Of a stretch of 32,000 bases of DNA, positions 26,314-32,000 are shown piece after piece. The first letter of the stretch is position 1; each line of letters opens with the position of its first letter. The stretch is from an uncultured archaeon (GTDB lineage: Archaea; Asgardarchaeota; Thorarchaeia; Thorarchaeales; Thorarchaeaceae): contig CAZYLT010000006.1 of NCBI GenBank assembly GCA_964648855.1, positions 98,069 to 130,068 of the forward strand, read 5' to 3'. Below the pieces are notes generated by a model that saw nothing but the letters and a program-made list of their open reading frames with translations, did no database searches and had not been told where the DNA came from. The position numbers were made by a program, and so were the translations under genes.

Positions 26314-26430
26314 GACTTTACACCTAGTTCCTGCAGTGCTTCACACTCTGATATGGTTTACTTATTCTCTATGAAGCGGTATTATGAGAAAGGCTAATAC
26401 GTGAGCCTTACATTCAGGAGTGTGGTAGCA

Positions 26431-27414
26431 ATGAGTTCGGGGTTAGAACACGGGTATAGACCTGGTGAAATTCAAAAGATATTGAATGATGCCCAGAGCA
26501 TACTCAAGACTGATTTTACTGAAGTTAGAGCCCTTGCCAGCAATCTTGAGGTCATCGGAACCGCATATAGAAATCCCGAACCCCAAGACAAGACCGCGGC
26601 TGGTATATCTGTGGTGCGTCTTGGTTGCCAAGAGGTTCCTCTGACCCCTCCTGATCAATTTACGCTGTCTACAGAGGAGGTACTCACCAGTATCTGCTCA
26701 GCCAGTGAGAATGTCGATATGATGCTTGTTTCCTATATCGATCCTGACACATTCGGAGAAGGTCGCACCATAGTTGAGGAGATACCGGGGCGAGTGGAAT
26801 GTCCGGTGATCAATCTTAGAGACGATATCTATGCCCCTCAGGCAGCATTGAGCAATTTGCTTGCCATACAGAGCCGTCTGGGGCATCTCTCGGGAAAACG
26901 GATTGCAATCTCATGGGGTTTCGGTTCTATCTATCCGCTACCAACAGCACCCCATAGTATGATAGCTGCCGCATCCCAATTAGGAGCAAATGTGAGAGTA
27001 GTGGCTCCCAAGGAATTTGGCTTGCTGCGTCGTGTGATTCGTGAAGCTGAGGAAAACGCACCCGATGATGTTGTTATAGAAGAAACTGATCAGTTTGATG
27101 GCGCCTTCACTGACGTTGATGCCATCTACGCGCTGAACTGGTGTCGACTGAGTGATTTTCAACACCCTGAACGAAACAAAGAGTATGCCAGTGAATTCCG
27201 TGACTGGTTCTTCACAACTGACAATACTCCCGAAAATGGGTTATTCCTCACTCAGGCTCCTGTTCAGACAGAGTTGCTGGCAAGCCAGAAACTGTTAGCG
27301 AGTGAACGCAATATGACGCAAGATTGGCTCAAGCGGCGCGTGGTCACTCTTGCAGCATCTATGGCGTATCTTGCCCCATCACTGTCGGAACCGCCCATAC
27401 GCCACCTCATTTAG
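26431..27414 (+). CDS. Aspartate/ornithine carbamoyltransferase-fold protein with degenerate catalytic motifs
   Basis: CPVINLRDDIYAP, LSGKRIAISWG, LGANVRVVAPKEF and AFTDVDAIYALNW match the OTCase/YgeW scaffold; STRT, HPxQ and HxLP are absent. Confidence 0.8.
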   Translation: MSSGLEHGYRPGEIQKILNDAQSILKTDFTEVRALASNLEVIGTAYRNPEPQDKTAAGISVVRLGCQEVPLTPPDQFTLSTEEVLTSICSASENVDMMLVSYIDPDTFGEGRTIVEEIPGRVECPVINLRDDIYAPQAALSNLLAIQSRLGHLSGKRIAISWGFGSIYPLPTAPHSMIAAASQLGANVRVVAPKEFGLLRRVIREAEENAPDDVVIEETDQFDGAFTDVDAIYALNWCRLSDFQHPERNKEYASEFRDWFFTTDNTPENGLFLTQAPVQTELLASQKLLASERNMTQDWLKRRVVTLAASMAYLAPSLSEPPIRHLI

Positions 27415-27459
27415 TGTTTCCCTAGAGCTTTTATCAACAGATGCCACTAATGGCGTGCT

Positions 27460-28557
27460 ATGTGGGACCGCTTGCGACCTCAGACTAGAAGTGTGTGGAA
27501 GAATCCGGAAGTGCTGAATCGGCTATCACGATATCGTGATATAATCGACAAGAAGCGCTATGCGAAATACCTACTAGCAAAAGAAGTTCCCTATGAGAAG
27601 AACCTGAACCAACCATTGGATGACTTATGGTCTGCTCATGAGGAGATCTCCAAAGACTTCTGGGATTACCTTGAATCCGTTGACTCAGGTGAGGAACGTG
27701 TAGACCAATCGCCCTCTCCTAGCTTCTTGGACCTGAAATCTGAGATTGCAAATCGAATTCTACAATCATGCCATTTCTGCGAACGCAAATGTGGGGCTGA
27801 TAGGACAAAAGATGAACTGGGGTGGTGCAAATTGGCATCAGAATCTAGGGTTTCGTCAGCCTTCCTACACACAGGTGAGGAAGCTCCGCTAGTTCCGAGT
27901 GGGACCATCTTCTTTGCCTCGTGCTGCTTTGGCTGTGTCTTCTGCCAGAACTACGATATCTCAACAAATCCCAATTCGGGTGATGTTGTAGGTCCAAAGA
28001 AGCTTGCAGGTATTGCAGAAGGACTTGTACGAAGAGGTGCCATTAACATCAACTATGTGGGCGGAGACCCTATTCCCAACACCCACACCATTGTTTCATC
28101 TCTCAAACATCAGACGGCAAACATCACTCAACTCTGGAACTCCAATCTGTATTGTTCTCTCGAGACAATGAAACTGCTCTCTGAGATATTCGATGTCTGG
28201 CTTCCCGACTTCAAGTACGGTGACGATGAGTGTGCAAAACGGCTGTCAGGAGTGACCAACTATTTTGAAGTAGTTTCACGCAATCATCTCATGGCGTATA
28301 ACTCAGGTGAGGTAATCATTAGGCATTTGGTCATGCCCAATCACATAGATTGCTGTAGTATTCCGATTCTTGAATGGATCAGCGAGAACATGCCCATGTG
28401 TATGGTGAATATTATGGGTCAATACAGACCGACTCACAAAGTGCATCGTGGGTGTGACAGATTCAAGGACATCCAGAGGTCTGTAAACAACACCGAGATG
28501 CAACGCGTACAAACGAAGGCGGATGAACTGGATATTGTCTGGAAACCAGTCAGCTAG
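27460..28557 (+). CDS. PflX-like radical SAM protein (PFL-activating enzyme homolog)
   Basis: CHFCERKC, HTGEEAPLVPSGTIFF, CCFGCVFCQN, LWNSN, WLPDFKYG, IIRHLVMP, NIMGQYRP. Confidence 0.92.
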   Translation: MWDRLRPQTRSVWKNPEVLNRLSRYRDIIDKKRYAKYLLAKEVPYEKNLNQPLDDLWSAHEEISKDFWDYLESVDSGEERVDQSPSPSFLDLKSEIANRILQSCHFCERKCGADRTKDELGWCKLASESRVSSAFLHTGEEAPLVPSGTIFFASCCFGCVFCQNYDISTNPNSGDVVGPKKLAGIAEGLVRRGAININYVGGDPIPNTHTIVSSLKHQTANITQLWNSNLYCSLETMKLLSEIFDVWLPDFKYGDDECAKRLSGVTNYFEVVSRNHLMAYNSGEVIIRHLVMPNHIDCCSIPILEWISENMPMCMVNIMGQYRPTHKVHRGCDRFKDIQRSVNNTEMQRVQTKADELDIVWKPVS

Positions 28558-28720
28558 AATTCACTGTAATCGCGTAGATATTCCGTATTATGTCTACTTC
28601 TATTATGATTCATCTGTCACGCCGGATTGGAATTTGACACATGGAAAATCATCAATCTCAGAATATCACGAAAAATAGAAGAGGAAGAAGCGCGAAAAAA
28701 TCCGCGCCTCTGGTACTACA

Positions 28721-31513
28721 CTATCGACGTCTTATAATCACTATCAATGAAATAACGATTATGGCAGCTATACCGACCAATGCTAGCAATATTGGCAGTG
28801 ATAGTCCGCCGGGGAGGGTATCGGTTGTAGTCGTAGTGGTAGTTGTGGTTTCCTCAAGAACCGTCAAGATGAGTGTATCAGTTGCAGAGTTGCCGCTCTC
28901 ATCCCAAACCAGTAGTGTGAGGTTGTAAACGCCTACATCCAGCCCATCGACGTTGATCAAGATATCGCTCCCATTGGTCCATGCACCTGTGTCGTGAGAA
29001 GTACCATTAATGAAAAGCTCCCACACATCTGGATCGAGGTCAGTAGCAGTCCAATTGGCGAAATTGCCCGTTTCTCCTTCAGTGTATTCCATATCCGATG
29101 CTGAACTCAGCACTGGTGCTGTAGTATCTTCGACCACCACTGTGACCGTGTCGGAGGAAGTCTCTCCAAAGTGATCAACCACCTCTATAGTGAAAACAAA
29201 GGTTCCCACATCGTAGCCATCAAGCGAGTAGGATATGGAACCACCATTCCATGCGCCGCTGTCAACAGTCAGACCATCTTCTTCTATTACGTAGCTGTCG
29301 GGTCTGTAGCTGGATGGATTCCAGACGATATTTTGACCTGTTGTACCTAACTCCATGACAATGTCCGAGGGCTCATCGATAAATGGTCGGTACATGAGTG
29401 CCAACTCATTAATCCACACCTCAAGTCTGTCCTCATAGGTGGAATCATCCGTATCCGCACTGTATTGGCTGGTCAAATATGAATTGTAGAGTGTCTTACC
29501 ATCATTTCTGAGAACAAGTGTTGCCTTGCTATCCTCAGGCGCAGCAGTGATTCCAGCCAATGCGGTGGCATTGTCGTAAACCTGTAACAAGTCTCCTGTA
29601 CTGCCATAATCCCTCGGTCCGCTGTAATTGGAAGCTCCATATTCCAAAGGAATATTGAAGACGGGGTGATCAAAATCCCACATATATACGGGCGTTGGGT
29701 CTGCTAGGTCTCCCGCGTAGTTGATTCCTAGCTTCGGATAAAGGGTGTGACTTGGAGTTGCAGTCATATGATACCAGTTCATGAGGAGCCTGCCACCACT
29801 GTCAACATACCACTCGAAGTCGTCAAGATAGTCTGCAGCAAAACCCCATGGTGCATCAATTACGACCAACTTCCATGCCTGCTCATAGAGTGAGCGGTTG
29901 AAATAGGATATTGTTTCATGGATCATGTAGGGGATGCCCAGCTCATTCGCTGCGAGTGCTACCGAGCTTTCAAGAGCATGAATACTCTTTCCGGTGGTAA
30001 TCTGTTCTGCAGTAGGCTCATTCGTGAAGATCAACACATCGGCATCATCCGATGCGAGCCAGTTAATCACATTTAATGTGAACTTGCGATTGCTTTCGTC
30101 ATCAATATTGAAATCATCTGCGAAGTTGATGTCTGAAACCAACATGATGCGGCCGCTGTTGTGAATATCCGCGCCAGCGTATGTATCTCCTGCTTCCCAC
30201 CAAACGGATACAGCATCGTCAGTTACATTGACAAAGCCTGAAGCACCAACGTCCAGAGATGTACAGTCTTCCACGGTTGGATGAGTACCATGGCCAGTAA
30301 TAATGCCGCCTCCATCACCAGTCTCGAAGATAGAAACATCGTATGGTGACAGGATATAGTTCAGGTTCTGATTATATTCAATCAAAATGCTGACCCATCT
30401 ATCACCGAATGCGTAGAGTCCTCCTCCGGAGCTGGTCCAGGATTGGACAGCAGAGACCTCTGCAGCGGTATAATTCAACATTGGAAGCACAGTTATCAGG
30501 ACATCGAAAGGTTCTAGTCGACTCTCTGTGAGGTTGCCATCGGGGGATGGATGGAGTTTGTCGAACGTAAGCCCCCTGCTTACGATGTCGTCTCTTAGCT
30601 CTTCATATCTTCCATAGGTATTAGCATAACTATCCCACGGGTCAACGGAGTAGTATGGCTTATGGGAATAATCAAAGGCAACTCGACCTTTCGGGCGTGG
30701 ACACATCCATTCAACCGCATCAACTATCAACTCATCAAAATCAGTTGAATAAGGATTCATTGGGATGCCAATATGGACAACTCTTCCACCTCTGTCAGAG
30801 GCATCAGAAGCCACAGCAAAGGCCCATTCATCATTGTCATCGTCAGCGGTCAGACGAGTCAAGTCGTCAGCTATAGATGTGCCCTGCAATGCCGTCCAAT
30901 TGTATGCAGCCCAATCTGCACTTTGCTTGGAGAGCGAGTCACCAATCTGATACGCCTGAGTCGCTGGGTGTCTAGCCGTTACGTTATCAATGTCGTTGAT
31001 GACGTAGGTGAAATAATCGGGTTGTCCATCTGTTCCCTCTGCTTCCCTTGGGAGAATACCTTCATAACAGAGATAAGAGGCTACAGAATCGATGCTCAAT
31101 ACACCACCGCCTCCCAGCCAGAACTCCTTCACGAGCTTGGTTTCATTCTCTCGTGGTACATTGTCCGCAAGAACAAGAACGTCGTAAGCAGATGGTTGTA
31201 ACTCGTAATTGGCGATATCACTGGAAACAAGGGGAGTTACATCAAAACCAGCGTCAACCAAGAGATTATAGACTGCGGAATAATTTGTATTCATGCTACC
31301 CAGAGCATAACTAGGTGTTGTCCAGTTGGTTGAATTGTACAGCGCAACACGAACCCTTCCAGGTAATACTCTGGCGGTATCATGTTGGATCATACTGTCT
31401 TCATTTAGAATCGATTGTTGCTTGCGGATTTCGGTTCTCTCAACAGTACTGGGAGAAAAAAACAAACCAGCAACAAACAAACTCATTAGTAGGATAATGG
31501 TAACGCGTTTCAT
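28721..31513 (-). CDS. Large secreted, C-terminally membrane-anchored surface glycoprotein
   Basis: Signal peptide, three GATase1-like alpha/beta repeats, two Ig-like repeats, Thr8 linker, LPGG + TM helix + RRR; acidic, with many N-x-S/T sequons. Confidence 0.85.
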   Translation of the reverse strand: MKRVTIILLMSLFVAGLFFSPSTVERTEIRKQQSILNEDSMIQHDTARVLPGRVRVALYNSTNWTTPSYALGSMNTNYSAVYNLLVDAGFDVTPLVSSDIANYELQPSAYDVLVLADNVPRENETKLVKEFWLGGGGVLSIDSVASYLCYEGILPREAEGTDGQPDYFTYVINDIDNVTARHPATQAYQIGDSLSKQSADWAAYNWTALQGTSIADDLTRLTADDDNDEWAFAVASDASDRGGRVVHIGIPMNPYSTDFDELIVDAVEWMCPRPKGRVAFDYSHKPYYSVDPWDSYANTYGRYEELRDDIVSRGLTFDKLHPSPDGNLTESRLEPFDVLITVLPMLNYTAAEVSAVQSWTSSGGGLYAFGDRWVSILIEYNQNLNYILSPYDVSIFETGDGGGIITGHGTHPTVEDCTSLDVGASGFVNVTDDAVSVWWEAGDTYAGADIHNSGRIMLVSDINFADDFNIDDESNRKFTLNVINWLASDDADVLIFTNEPTAEQITTGKSIHALESSVALAANELGIPYMIHETISYFNRSLYEQAWKLVVIDAPWGFAADYLDDFEWYVDSGGRLLMNWYHMTATPSHTLYPKLGINYAGDLADPTPVYMWDFDHPVFNIPLEYGASNYSGPRDYGSTGDLLQVYDNATALAGITAAPEDSKATLVLRNDGKTLYNSYLTSQYSADTDDSTYEDRLEVWINELALMYRPFIDEPSDIVMELGTTGQNIVWNPSSYRPDSYVIEEDGLTVDSGAWNGGSISYSLDGYDVGTFVFTIEVVDHFGETSSDTVTVVVEDTTAPVLSSASDMEYTEGETGNFANWTATDLDPDVWELFINGTSHDTGAWTNGSDILINVDGLDVGVYNLTLLVWDESGNSATDTLILTVLEETTTTTTTTTDTLPGGLSLPILLALVGIAAIIVISLIVIIRRR

Positions 31514-31746
31514 ATTCTAATCACAGCTTCGTGCGTTAGTCCCATTAATAAACGCTATTCGCCGGTAGTTGTTCATTTGGACAAATCTATCCAAAACACC
31601 ACAAGAACAGGTTCTTGTTTCATCAAACGACTATGGGTCTTTTTGGACCTACTAAACGGGTGAGCATCGCGTGATTTCTAAAAAGCGCCCCAAATGCGCT
31701 CACACTTCTGACAATCTTCAATATTGAGTTTATGGTAGTGATACTC

Positions 31747-31848
31747 ATGCCTGAGACACTAGAATCTATCATGCAGGAACTGCGTTCAGGCGTCAACACT
31801 CTGGATGAGACCACCATGGTAGAACAGAGCGAGAGCCAATTGATGTAA
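31747..31848 (+). CDS. Possible 33-aa small protein
   Basis: MPETLESIMQELRSGVNTLDETTMVEQSESQLM*, preceded by SD-like GGTAGTGAT; no homology recognised. Confidence 0.25.
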   Translation: MPETLESIMQELRSGVNTLDETTMVEQSESQLM

Positions 31849-32000
31849 TTCCACCGAAGACAGGGTCACGAAGATGAGAGTCTTCATACAGTGCGTGACT
31901 TTTTCATTTCCAATAGCCGCCATCTTGGAGTCCAGAGAGCAAGGACGTTAAGGCAGAGGGATGCACCATAGCAAACATTGATATATCGAGATAATTAGAT

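Noticed and set aside
28641-28928. Poly-Val ORF and GTN trinucleotide repeat
   Set aside because: Antisense shadow of the Thr-rich linker of the surface protein.
31904-32000. 3' end of a minus-strand gene entering from the window edge (SNYLDISMF...GGYWK*)
   Set aside because: Only 31 open codons with no recognisable motif; cannot be supported from this window.
1-32000. Remaining antisense/overlapping short ORFs; CRISPR arrays, tRNA/rRNA, transposases
   Set aside because: The short ORFs are shadows of well-supported genes; no spaced repeats, cloverleafs, rRNA motifs or transposase signatures were seen by eye.

Overview
Gene-dense archaeal chromosomal window. The eukaryote-type SECIS and the gene content suggest an Asgard archaeon, probably Thorarchaeia (inference). 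It holds (i) a group 3c [NiFe]-hydrogenase operon mvhD-mvhG-vhuA-vhuU. The large subunit is split, and its C-terminal Ni-binding peptide is a 50-aa selenoprotein missing from the ORF track. It is followed by a eukaryote-like SECIS whose AUGA core is also the gene's stop codon. (ii) Two paralogous FeS + tungsten-AOR modules, one with an allantoinase-like hydrolase and MoaD, the other with a dihydropyrimidine-dehydrogenase-like flavoprotein lacking the catalytic Cys. With a nearby deaminase, PfkB kinase and PAS kinase, these suggest an undescribed anaerobic nucleobase pathway. (iii) A ~390-nt, highly structured, promoter-flanked non-coding stretch (about 7950-8340) that I cannot assign to a known RNA family; this is the best novelty candidate. 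(iv) purB, an ABC exporter interrupted by a B12 radical SAM gene pair, a motif-dead carbamoyltransferase homolog, a PflX-like radical SAM protein and a large membrane-anchored surface protein. No CRISPR, rRNA, tRNA or transposase was seen. All calls are by eye; no database searches or folding programs were run.
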